Assembly (NCBI GenBank): GCA_026710225.1
Contig: JAPORI010000261.1
Span: 3,109 to 31,137 of the forward strand
Direction of reading: 5' to 3'
DNA: 28,029 nt
DNA from: Betaproteobacteria bacterium
GTDB lineage: Bacteria > Pseudomonadota > Gammaproteobacteria > Tethybacterales > Tethybacteraceae
The notes beneath the pieces are model-generated. The model saw nothing but the letters and a program-made list of their open reading frames with translations. It was not told the DNA's origin and searched no databases. Below, piece after piece: positions 17,141 through 24,892 of the stretch; the stretch's first letter is position 1, and each line of letters begins with the position of its first letter. A program made the translations under genes and the position numbers.

Positions 17141-18013
17141 ATGACTGACGGGGCTACTTTGCTGTGCGGCAAGAGTGTTGCCGAGAATGTCTACGCAGAA
17201 TGCACTGCGGCCATTGCCGATTTGAACCAGAAGCGGGGCCGTCCTCCCGGTCTGGCCTTTGTGCTAGTCGGCGAGAACCCGGCTTCGCAGGTGTATGTTG
17301 GCCGCAAGCAGAAAGTGTCGGAGCGGCTGGGAATCAGCGGCCAAATCATCCGGCTGGCCGCCGATGTATCCGAAGCCAAACTGCTTGAGTGTATTGACGG
17401 CCTCAATCAGGATGCGCAGATTGACGGCATTTTGGTGCAGCAGCCGCTGCCGGCGCAGATCGATGCAACCCGGATAGTCAGGGCTGTCGACCCGGCCAAG
17501 GATGTCGACGGGTTCCATCCGGCAAATCTGGGGGCGCTGGCCGCCGGCCTGGCGACCGGCTTCAGAGCCTGCACGCCGCTGGGCATCATGCGGCTGCTGG
17601 ATTCGGCAGCCATCCCCTTGCGCGGTCGGCAGGCGACGGTGGTCGGCCGCAGCCTGATTGTCGGCCGGCCGATAAGCTACATGCTCATCAATGCTGGTGC
17701 AACAGTTACCGTGTGCAACAGTGCCACCGATTTGCAACTGCTCAATCAGGCCTGTCGGGCTGCCGACATTCTGGTGGTTGCCGCCGGCCGGCCGGCTTTG
17801 ATCGGCGCTGACATGGTCAAGCCGTCTGCGGCGGTCGTTGATGTCGGGATCAATCGCGACTCCGCCGGCAAGCTGTGTGGTGACGTTGATTTTGAGGCGG
17901 TGCGCAGCCGGGTTGCCCACATTACCCCGGTGCCCGGCGGCGTTGGGCCGATGACGGTGGCGATGCTGATGGCAAATACGGTTGCGGCAGCCGGGCGCGC
18001 AGCCAAATCCTGA
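17141..18013 (+). CDS. folD: Bifunctional methylenetetrahydrofolate dehydrogenase/cyclohydrolase
   Basis: PGLAFVLVGENPASQVYVGRK, DGILVQQPLP, KDVDGFHP, CTPLGIM, VVGRSLIVGRP, VVDVGINR, ITPVPGGVGPMTVAML. ATG 17141 preferred over 17129. Confidence 0.98.
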   Translation: MTDGATLLCGKSVAENVYAECTAAIADLNQKRGRPPGLAFVLVGENPASQVYVGRKQKVSERLGISGQIIRLAADVSEAKLLECIDGLNQDAQIDGILVQQPLPAQIDATRIVRAVDPAKDVDGFHPANLGALAAGLATGFRACTPLGIMRLLDSAAIPLRGRQATVVGRSLIVGRPISYMLINAGATVTVCNSATDLQLLNQACRAADILVVAAGRPALIGADMVKPSAAVVDVGINRDSAGKLCGDVDFEAVRSRVAHITPVPGGVGPMTVAMLMANTVAAAGRAAKS

Positions 18014-18024
18014 CCGCGGCTAAT

Positions 18025-18516
18025 ATGAGTGCGCCGATTCTGGTGCTCACCTGCGGCGGCACTTTTGACAAGAACCGCTTCACCAAAGACGGCAAGTTCG
18101 TGTGCGGATCAACCGAGGTCGAGCGCATCCTTGCTGATACCGGGGTGGCGGCGGTCGAATGCGAAGAGATAATGCGCAAGGACAGCCTTGACATGGATGA
18201 CGAGGACCGCAGCAAGGTCGCCGCAACGGTTGCCGGTGCCGCATCCAAGCGAATAGTCATAGTGCATGGCACCGACACCATGGAGGCAACCGCCCGGGCG
18301 CTGGCGGTCAAGAACTTCGCCAAGACCGTCGTTTTGACCGGTGCCATGCGCCCGGCGGTGTTTGCGCACACCGACGCCGACTTCAATCTGGGCTTTGCCC
18401 TGGGTTGCGCAGCGGTGTTGGGCACCGGCGTCTGGGTTGCAATGCACGGCGAGATATTCCCGGCAGCGGAAGTGACCAAGGATGTCGACCAGATGCGCTT
18501 TGTCAGGAAGGCTTAA
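18025..18516 (+). CDS. Short-chain (single-domain) class 1 asparaginase-like protein
   Basis: 163 aa; TCGGTFDK (T13), KDSLDM, HGTDTM (T83, D84), VVLTGAMRP, FNLGFA, VAMHG, VTK (K152). No C-terminal domain. Confidence 0.85.
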   Translation: MSAPILVLTCGGTFDKNRFTKDGKFVCGSTEVERILADTGVAAVECEEIMRKDSLDMDDEDRSKVAATVAGAASKRIVIVHGTDTMEATARALAVKNFAKTVVLTGAMRPAVFAHTDADFNLGFALGCAAVLGTGVWVAMHGEIFPAAEVTKDVDQMRFVRKA

Positions 18517-19199
18517 CTGCTGGCGCCGAATTCTTCCAGGTGCTTTCTGATTGCCGAGCTTTCCTCGGCTCTTTTATCTTGTTCAAGAACATCGATCAGA
18601 TCGGCGGCAGTTGCGATGGCAAGCGCCTCAATCTTGAAATTGTTGCCAATTTCGGTCAATGCATCCGGGCTATCTGGCTCTTCCGGTCGCACTCGTTCCT
18701 GACGGTTCAGGGAAACCACCAAAGCTGACACCGCTGGCCGGGATTCGATTTCCTGCAGTGATTTGATGGTTTTGATCGCAGCAGTGCCGGCGGTGACAAT
18801 GTCGTCTATCACCACTGCCGGCGATTCGACTTTTCCTACCAAACTGCCGCCTTCACCGTGGGTCTTTTCCTCCTTGCGGGTGTAGGCGAAGCCGATCGCA
18901 GAGTATTTTCCCTCCTGCGCCAAAGTGGTGGCGGTCAACGCGGCCAGCGTAATTCCCTTGTAGGCGGCACCGACCAGAGTTTTGACCGGCAGTCCAGAGG
19001 CAATTATGGTCTCGGCGTAAAGCTGCGCCAGTTCGGCCGCCTGCCCGGCGCTGCACAGTCTGCCCATGTCAACGAAGTAGGGACTGCTGCGGCCGGATTT
19101 GAGCCTAAAGCCGGCGGGTCTGATTTGCAGGGCATTGCCTTCAAGGGCAAGCCGCACCAGCCGTCGGGCGCGCTGCTGGCGGGTGCTTGGCTTGCTCAA
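18513..19199 (-). CDS. pyrE: Orotate phosphoribosyltransferase
   Basis: FRLKSGRSSPYFVD, GAAYKGITLAA, RKEEKTHGEGG, PRPP-binding VVIDDIVTAGTA. ATGA overlap with the ntrX stop. Confidence 0.96.
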   Translation of the reverse strand: MSKPSTRQQRARRLVRLALEGNALQIRPAGFRLKSGRSSPYFVDMGRLCSAGQAAELAQLYAETIIASGLPVKTLVGAAYKGITLAALTATTLAQEGKYSAIGFAYTRKEEKTHGEGGSLVGKVESPAVVIDDIVTAGTAAIKTIKSLQEIESRPAVSALVVSLNRQERVRPEEPDSPDALTEIGNNFKIEALAIATAADLIDVLEQDKRAEESSAIRKHLEEFGASS

Positions 19200-20515
19200 G
19201 ACGCGTCCTTGTTGTCTTCGTCCTTGCCGGCGCTGACACCATCCTCGCCGAGTGCAGTCCTGATCTTGCGGTACAGGTAGGTGCGCTCGAGACCGGACAT
19301 CTTGGCAGCCAACTGGTAGTTGTTCTTGGCCCGGCGCATCAGGGCCACATAGTACTGCTTCTCGAAGGTCTCACGCGCCTTGCGCCAGGGAAGCAGGTAG
19401 ACATCCTCGCCGAGGCTGATCAGCCCGGCAGTTGCAGCGGTTGCCAGATTGCGGATGGCGTCGGCGTCAACAGGTGCATCCTCGTCTTCCTTGGTCAGCG
19501 CCGAGCGCATAATCCCCAGCAGCCGACTCAGGCCATCAGTCTGCCACTGGGCGGCCTCCTTGATCAGCTCTTCAATTGCGTCCGCCGAAAAATGTCCGTC
19601 TGTTTCCTGTTTGCCGGTCAGACGCCGGGTTGCCAGATTTATGATTGCTTCCAGATCCTCCAGATAGTCCTGCAGGCGGGGAACTTCTATCTGAAGTTCC
19701 GAGAATTTGCGGTGCAGTTCGGCTCCCAGTTTGCCGGCGGCGTGCATTTCATCGAGACGGTGCGGAAATTCGCAAATCAGACGGGTCTTGTGCTTGGCGG
19801 AGTTGGCCAGCAGCAGGTTCAGGGTGCGCTCGGTGTTTTGATCCGGCTCATCCGGATAACGCAGATAGATGTGCCCGCCGGCAGCCTGCCCGAAAAGTTT
19901 CTCCAGGTTTTCCCCGACCTTGGCCAGATTATCCACCTCCACCCAGGGCATGTGCTGCCGCTGCAGCATCCGGGCGAAGAACTCCGGGGCGCATTCCCCG
20001 CTACCGATGAATGCGACCGGCAGGGTTGCCTCGGCAGCGGCACGCATCAAGGCGCCCTTGATCTTGGTAATCGCCGGGCTTTTGCCAAGATTGGCCGCAT
20101 ACAAGGCCGGATCGTAGAGTTGCTGCTGGCTTTTGGCGATCTGCTTGTGCACCACTTCCAGCAGGCGCTTGGAACTGAACGGCTTTTCGAGAATGTCGGC
20201 GGCGCCGCAACGCATTGCCTCGACAGCCGCATCGAGAGTGGCATGGGCTGAAATCATTACCACCGGAAAGTTGAGCAGTTTGCTTTCTTTCCAGCGCTTG
20301 AGCAAGGCCACCCCGTCGATGCCCGGCGGCATCCAGATGTCGAGCAGCACCATGTCGACCGGCGCTATCCCGATCTGTTCGTGGGCGGCCTCGGCGTTTT
20401 CGGCGGTCACGACTGCAAAGCCGTCGTCGCTGAGGATGTCGCTTAGCGAATCGCGCACGCCGATTTCGTCATCGACGATCATCACCGTTGCGGTGCGCTG
20501 GTTGGGTTCACTCAT
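19196..20515 (-). CDS. ntrX: NtrX-like response regulator (REC + degenerate AAA+ + Fis-type HTH)
   Basis: Intact receiver (IVDDE, LLDIWMP, MISAH, LEKPF); degenerate central domain; C-terminal LPWRKARETFEKQY...AAKMSGLERTYLYRKI; context DUF4390-sensor kinase-regulator. Confidence 0.8.
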   Translation of the reverse strand: MSEPNQRTATVMIVDDEIGVRDSLSDILSDDGFAVVTAENAEAAHEQIGIAPVDMVLLDIWMPPGIDGVALLKRWKESKLLNFPVVMISAHATLDAAVEAMRCGAADILEKPFSSKRLLEVVHKQIAKSQQQLYDPALYAANLGKSPAITKIKGALMRAAAEATLPVAFIGSGECAPEFFARMLQRQHMPWVEVDNLAKVGENLEKLFGQAAGGHIYLRYPDEPDQNTERTLNLLLANSAKHKTRLICEFPHRLDEMHAAGKLGAELHRKFSELQIEVPRLQDYLEDLEAIINLATRRLTGKQETDGHFSADAIEELIKEAAQWQTDGLSRLLGIMRSALTKEDEDAPVDADAIRNLATAATAGLISLGEDVYLLPWRKARETFEKQYYVALMRRAKNNYQLAAKMSGLERTYLYRKIRTALGEDGVSAGKDEDNKDAS

Positions 20516-20519
20516 TGCT

Positions 20520-22727
20520 CTAGTTCTCCTTGTCTGCCATCGGCAGGACTATCGTGAAACGGGTGCCGCTACCATCGTTATCGGCTTCAATGTTGCCGCC
20601 GGCGGCCAGAATCATGCCCTTGACGTGCGCCAGGCCCAGGCCCGAGCCGCCCTTCTTGAACGATATGTGCGGCCGAAACACCTGCGGCAACTGTTCCGGA
20701 TTGATACCGCCGGCATTGTCCAGCACGGAAATGTGCACTTGTTCCCCCTCGTTGCAGGTGGAAATGCTTGCGGTTACCTTTTCCAGTCCTGCTTCAAGGG
20801 CAGCTTCCCAGGCGTTGATGAGCAGATTGTCAAAGGTGCGGGCGATCAGGTCCTTGTCAAACAGGGCTGTGCAGCCATCCTGCAAGTCCAGTTCGATGGT
20901 GAAGTTCTCGTTCGAGTGTCTGATTTGGGCGTTTTTAGCGGCGCGATTGATATCCACCGGCAGGTACCGGGCTGGTTGCTGGCCGGTAAAGGCGCGCAGC
21001 GAATTGGTAACCTTGACGATGCTGTTGATTCCCTGGATCATCGCATCGATCTTGTCGTGCAGGTAGGCGGCCTTTTCACTGCTGAGTTCCGGTTTCAGCC
21101 GCCGTTCGAGTTGTTCGGCGGTGAGCAGCAGCGGCTGCAGGGGGTTTTTCACCTCGTGCAGGAAACGTTGCAGGGCCTCGGTCCAGGCCTGCAGGTTCTG
21201 TTCGGCTAACGGCGCGCTGATGTCGGCAAAAACGATTATCCGGCCGCCGCCGATGTTGTGGGGAAGCCGGGTGACGCTGGCCATCAGGTTGCGCCCGTTG
21301 ATGGTCAGGGAGGCCGGCGCATCGTATTTGCCGCTCTCGATGAGAGCGTCCAGATCGTTGGTGTCCAGGCGGCGGGTGAAACTGGTCAGCTCTTCCCCGG
21401 TCAGCGGCATCTTTCCGAGCACTTCCAGACAGCGCCGGTTCATGCTGCGAATCTGCAGCCGGCTGTCGAGGACGATCACCGCCGCGTCGATGTTTTCGAG
21501 CACCCCGTTGAGAAAGGTCTGGTTGGCGGTAAGGTCGTGCAGCAGCGCATCGCGCTTTTTGGTCATTTCCCGGAAGCTTTCGGTGACCATGCTTATCTCG
21601 TCGCTGCCGGTGTCCTGTGGCAGCGGCAGGCCGCTGCCGGCCTTCTCGTGGGCGATCGAGTCCATCATCCGGGCCAGTTTCCTGAGACGCAGTCCGTGGG
21701 TGCGCAGGGCGCGGCTGGCAAGTACCAGTGCCGCCGACACGATTATCACGGTTGAATTCAGGGTCAACTGGAAGAAGATCTCGAACAGCCCGGTGCGCAG
21801 GGCGATCTTCCGGTTCAGATCGCGATTGTGGGCGCTTAGCGCGGTGATGTCTTCGGTCAGGCTTTCCGGGATGCGTGATTCGATAAGAAGCAGCAGCGGT
21901 TCGGTCTCGGACGAGAGCGTGAATTCGCCCAGCGGGATTACCACCCGCACCGACTGGGGGATCGCCTCTCCGTCGTCGGCGAGCAGCCGGAAATAGGAGA
22001 ACTCCTCCAGATCCGGACTGCGCAGGCCGCGCACCTGCGCGCCCAGGGCAGTCAACTCGCGCGGTGCCAACGGTGGTTCGGGAGTGCTGCCGGCCTTTTC
22101 CGAAAGCGGAGCGCTGATGATGAACAAGCCGTTGCTGTCAATGATGCCGGCGGTGGTAAGCGAGTAGTTCTCGACCGCGTTCTCCAGCCGAAAGCCGGTT
22201 CTAAGCAGTGAGTTTCTCTCCAGCATGTCGATGAGTTCGGCCGCCAGCGGCATCACGAAGCCGAAAGTCTCCAGCCGATAGGTGTTAATCAGGTTGCTCA
22301 GCAGTTGCTCGGTGACCTTCTCGGTCTCGGGAATCGCACTCTCGTCGATTGTGCGCAACTGACTGGTCATAAGCGCCAGCAGCGAGTATGAAACCAGCAG
22401 CCCGAGCAGGATTGGTCCGACGATCCAAACGCTCAACTGCTTGATCAGGCGACCGGGCTCGATGAACAGCAGGGCGATGCGGAGTCCGGCCAGCAGCGCC
22501 AGCGTCCCGAGTGCAAACAGGTTGGCGTCGATGGTCTCCCTGAGATTGGAAAAATAGGCGAATTCGGCCAGCGATCCAAGCTGGCTGAAGAAAACATAGG
22601 CCAGATAGCAACCGCTGGCCAGAGTAACGACAAGGGCTGCAATCAGCGCATAGTCGACATACTTGACGACCCGTGCGACCGGCACTGTGGTCAGCAGCCC
22701 AGGTTGGCGGTTGGATAGACTTTCCAT
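20520..22727 (-). CDS. ntrY: NtrY-like sensor histidine kinase (TMs, periplasmic domain, HAMP, PAS, HisKA, HATPase)
   Basis: H-box FLHEVKNPLQP, N-box FDNLLINAWEA, DNAGGI, KKGGSGLGLA; HAMP-like SDEISMVTESFREM; PAS-like VLENIDAAVIVLD. Start uncertain: ATG 22727 or GTG 22685 (5 bp after the DUF4390 stop). Confidence 0.82.
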   Translation of the reverse strand: MESLSNRQPGLLTTVPVARVVKYVDYALIAALVVTLASGCYLAYVFFSQLGSLAEFAYFSNLRETIDANLFALGTLALLAGLRIALLFIEPGRLIKQLSVWIVGPILLGLLVSYSLLALMTSQLRTIDESAIPETEKVTEQLLSNLINTYRLETFGFVMPLAAELIDMLERNSLLRTGFRLENAVENYSLTTAGIIDSNGLFIISAPLSEKAGSTPEPPLAPRELTALGAQVRGLRSPDLEEFSYFRLLADDGEAIPQSVRVVIPLGEFTLSSETEPLLLLIESRIPESLTEDITALSAHNRDLNRKIALRTGLFEIFFQLTLNSTVIIVSAALVLASRALRTHGLRLRKLARMMDSIAHEKAGSGLPLPQDTGSDEISMVTESFREMTKKRDALLHDLTANQTFLNGVLENIDAAVIVLDSRLQIRSMNRRCLEVLGKMPLTGEELTSFTRRLDTNDLDALIESGKYDAPASLTINGRNLMASVTRLPHNIGGGRIIVFADISAPLAEQNLQAWTEALQRFLHEVKNPLQPLLLTAEQLERRLKPELSSEKAAYLHDKIDAMIQGINSIVKVTNSLRAFTGQQPARYLPVDINRAAKNAQIRHSNENFTIELDLQDGCTALFDKDLIARTFDNLLINAWEAALEAGLEKVTASISTCNEGEQVHISVLDNAGGINPEQLPQVFRPHISFKKGGSGLGLAHVKGMILAAGGNIEADNDGSGTRFTIVLPMADKEN

Positions 22728-23263
22728 CCGGACGAGAAATTCCAGTTCGAGTTGGTCAAAACGCTGATTTGCAGCGGATCGGGAAGCAGATCCAGTTGCA
22801 CTTCGATGCGCGCTTGCAGCATCCCCCGGTCGGTGCACAGCAGGCCGCGCAGTTGCCGGTCGGCCGAGGTAAGCGAAAGCGATGCAAGTTCGGCCAGGGC
22901 ATCTTCAAGGCTGCCGGCGGTTTCCTCGTTCTCGTCGGCAAAGCGCTTGAAGCGGTAGCCAGCCCCCGGCAGCGGCCGGCTTATGTAAGCGTGCCAGGCG
23001 TAGTTCTTGAGGCTGCGATCGAGCCAGAACTGGCGCAGCTCGATGAAGCGCAACTCGGCGACGAATGGAATCTGCAAGCCGCCGGCTAAGGCTGCCAGCA
23101 ACTGGTCATCCAGACTTAGTTTATAGGTCATGTCAACGGTAAACGATTCGTCTCCCTTGCGCACCTGCAAATCGGCAATATCCGGAGAAGCGCTGGTTTG
23201 GGCCGCGGCCGGTCCAGCCAGGGAAGCGGCAGCAAAAGCAATCAGTGACAGGAATGTTTTCAA
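22691..23263 (-). CDS. DUF4390 family periplasmic protein
   Basis: Signal peptide MKTFLSLIAFAAASLAGPAAA; LSLDDQLLAALAGGLQIPFVAEL...FWLD; LDLLPDPLQISVL; conserved position ahead of ntrYX. TTG start. Confidence 0.8.
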   Translation of the reverse strand: MKTFLSLIAFAAASLAGPAAAQTSASPDIADLQVRKGDESFTVDMTYKLSLDDQLLAALAGGLQIPFVAELRFIELRQFWLDRSLKNYAWHAYISRPLPGAGYRFKRFADENEETAGSLEDALAELASLSLTSADRQLRGLLCTDRGMLQARIEVQLDLLPDPLQISVLTNSNWNFSSGWKVYPTANLGC

Positions 23264-23280
23264 GACAATGTAGAAAGGTG

Positions 23281-23286
23281 ATTTTA
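23281..23286 (-). promoter_or_regulatory. Candidate -10 hexamer (TAAAAT) for DUF4390-ntrY-ntrX-pyrE
   Basis: In the AT-rich 35-bp coaX-DUF4390 gap, 17 nt upstream of TTG 23263; no SD. Confidence 0.35.
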
Positions 23287-23298
23287 ACTAACAGGCAG

Positions 23299-24003
23299 TC
23301 AGTCGGCCGCCGCAACGACTATTCCGCGCAGCACCAGTTGCAAGTCGAGATTGCTTTCCGGCAGCAGCAGGGCCAGGCTGTTGGCCGAGCCCCCGCACAG
23401 AAAGATTCTTGTCTCGGCAACCTGGTGCTGCTGGGCAAAGGCGCGCACTGCTCCGGCCGCGGCGTGCAGGCTGCCGGCGGCAATCGCCGCTTCGGTTGAC
23501 AGCGGTTCGGCCATATCGGCATCGGCCGCTACCGCCGGCAACGCAGTCGCTGCGGCCAGCGCCTCATGCATCAGCCGCCGTCCCGGCAAGATTAGTCCGC
23601 CATGAAAGACTCCGTCTTCGGCGAGAAAATCGACGGTGATTGCGGTGCCTGCGGTTACCGCAATTCCCCAGCCATGCCGCTGTCGCAGCCCGAGTAGCGC
23701 GCACCAGCGGTCTGCGCCCAACTGGCCGGAGCGATATCTGCTGCGCACTCCGGCAGTATTTGTCGCCGCGGCGTCAATCCAGCGGCAGGGCCGGCTCACC
23801 GCCTGCTCGATTTTCCGGCGTTGGCTGGCACCGGCAACATCGCAGCCGACTGCCGGCACCGGCCCGGCGCCCTCGGCCGCCTCCTGCAGAGGCGCCAGGC
23901 TCGCCTCCCTGTTAACGGCAGCGATTGGACCGAGCTCAGATCGGTCAGCCAGCGCCCACTTGATGCGGCTGTTGCCGGAGTCAATAACCAGCAGCGTGCT
24001 CAT
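23299..24003 (-). CDS. coaX: Type III pantothenate kinase
   Basis: VIDSGNSRIKW, LGADRW, TAGTAITVD, GGLILPG, LCGG; downstream of birA. Start moved to ATG 24003. Confidence 0.95.
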   Translation of the reverse strand: MSTLLVIDSGNSRIKWALADRSELGPIAAVNREASLAPLQEAAEGAGPVPAVGCDVAGASQRRKIEQAVSRPCRWIDAAATNTAGVRSRYRSGQLGADRWCALLGLRQRHGWGIAVTAGTAITVDFLAEDGVFHGGLILPGRRLMHEALAAATALPAVAADADMAEPLSTEAAIAAGSLHAAAGAVRAFAQQHQVAETRIFLCGGSANSLALLLPESNLDLQLVLRGIVVAAAD

Positions 24004-24850
24004 GAATCTCGGTGCTGGCAATTCGCTGCATTGCGCCGTCGATCATGCAAATCAACTCTCCACAGTCGCTGATCCCGAAGTAGGTGGCCGGCTGCCGTTT
24101 GCCGCCCTCCCGGCTCACCACAATTTCCTCGCCGGGATGATGGATCGTGTAGTCCTGCCATCTGCCAACCAGTTTTGCAAACCCACAGTTGCGAAGCGAA
24201 TCAAGCATTTGCACCAGATTGTCCGCGATCGCGGCAAGCAGTTCGGTCCGGTCCGGCAGGTGCGATCCGGCAATCTCGGCGATTCCGGCGGCCGGCGGTG
24301 TCCCAATCCGGCTGCGCAACTGCGCCGAAGCCAGCAGATTGATGCCGATGCCAATCGCCAGAGATTGGTTAGCGCCTCTGCTTTCGACCAGAATGCCGCC
24401 AAGTTTGCGGCGCCGGCCGTCAACCAGATCATTGGGCCACTTCAAAAGCGCCGGCACCCCGGCTTTGCCAAGCGCCTCGGCAGTTGCAATGCCGGCCACA
24501 AGGCTTGCGCCATTCATTGCCGAGCCGGCGGTCGGAAACAACAGCGTGAAGATTAGCGATTCGAGCCCGGCGGCTTCCCACTTTCGACCATGCCGGCCGC
24601 GGCCGGCCGTCTGCCGGTCACAGGCAAACAGTACCGGTGCTGTGGCCAACCGGTTCCATTCAATTGCGTCGTCATTGGTGCTGGCGGTGGAAGCCTTGAA
24701 CTGGATGCTTTCCACGGCGTGGCCGAGCAGTTCGCCCAGCCGAATCAAGTCGAGCGGAGTACAAAAAGAAGACGATAAAGACCCGGCGGCCTTTTCGCCC
24801 TCATGTTCCGATGAACCGGTCAAGGTCGCACCGGATGCGCAAAATGCCAT
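23981..24850 (-). CDS. birA: Biotin--[acetyl-CoA-carboxylase] ligase without N-terminal HTH
   Basis: STASTN, QTAGRGRHGRKW, LKWPNDL, KLGGILVE, IGIGINL and a C-terminal SH3-like GISDCGELI. First about 35 aa are non-conserved; start uncertain. Confidence 0.92.
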   Translation of the reverse strand: MAFCASGATLTGSSEHEGEKAAGSLSSSFCTPLDLIRLGELLGHAVESIQFKASTASTNDDAIEWNRLATAPVLFACDRQTAGRGRHGRKWEAAGLESLIFTLLFPTAGSAMNGASLVAGIATAEALGKAGVPALLKWPNDLVDGRRRKLGGILVESRGANQSLAIGIGINLLASAQLRSRIGTPPAAGIAEIAGSHLPDRTELLAAIADNLVQMLDSLRNCGFAKLVGRWQDYTIHHPGEEIVVSREGGKRQPATYFGISDCGELICMIDGAMQRIASTEIHEHAAGY

Positions 24851-24879
24851 CCCGCCAGACCTGCACAGGCCCGGCGGGA
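24850..24879 (-). terminator. 13-bp GC-rich RNA hairpin 3' of the histone-like gene (terminator or stabiliser), ending on the A of the birA AUG
   Basis: Minus-strand RNA UCCCGCCGGGCCU-GUGC-AGGUCUGGCGGGA has 11 WC and 2 G.U pairs and is fully paired only on this strand; followed by UGGCAUUUU. Confidence 0.55.
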
Positions 24880-24892
24880 CAACGGCGAGCGC

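Noticed and set aside
8633-21996. Long antisense ORFs (8633..9679, 9664..10740, 15749..16663, 19187..20251, 20133..21209, 21121..21996)
   Set aside because: Each mirrors a well-supported gene on the other strand, shows no recognisable motif or SD, and is expected from stop-codon scarcity in GC-rich codon-biased DNA.
1659-24021. N-terminal extensions in the ORF track for pepA (1659), holC (3241), mscS (8195), msbA (14872), waaC (15822), folD (17129), ntrY (22838) and coaX (24021)
   Set aside because: They overlap neighbouring genes or promoter elements and encode non-homologous sequence; downstream starts match family N-termini.
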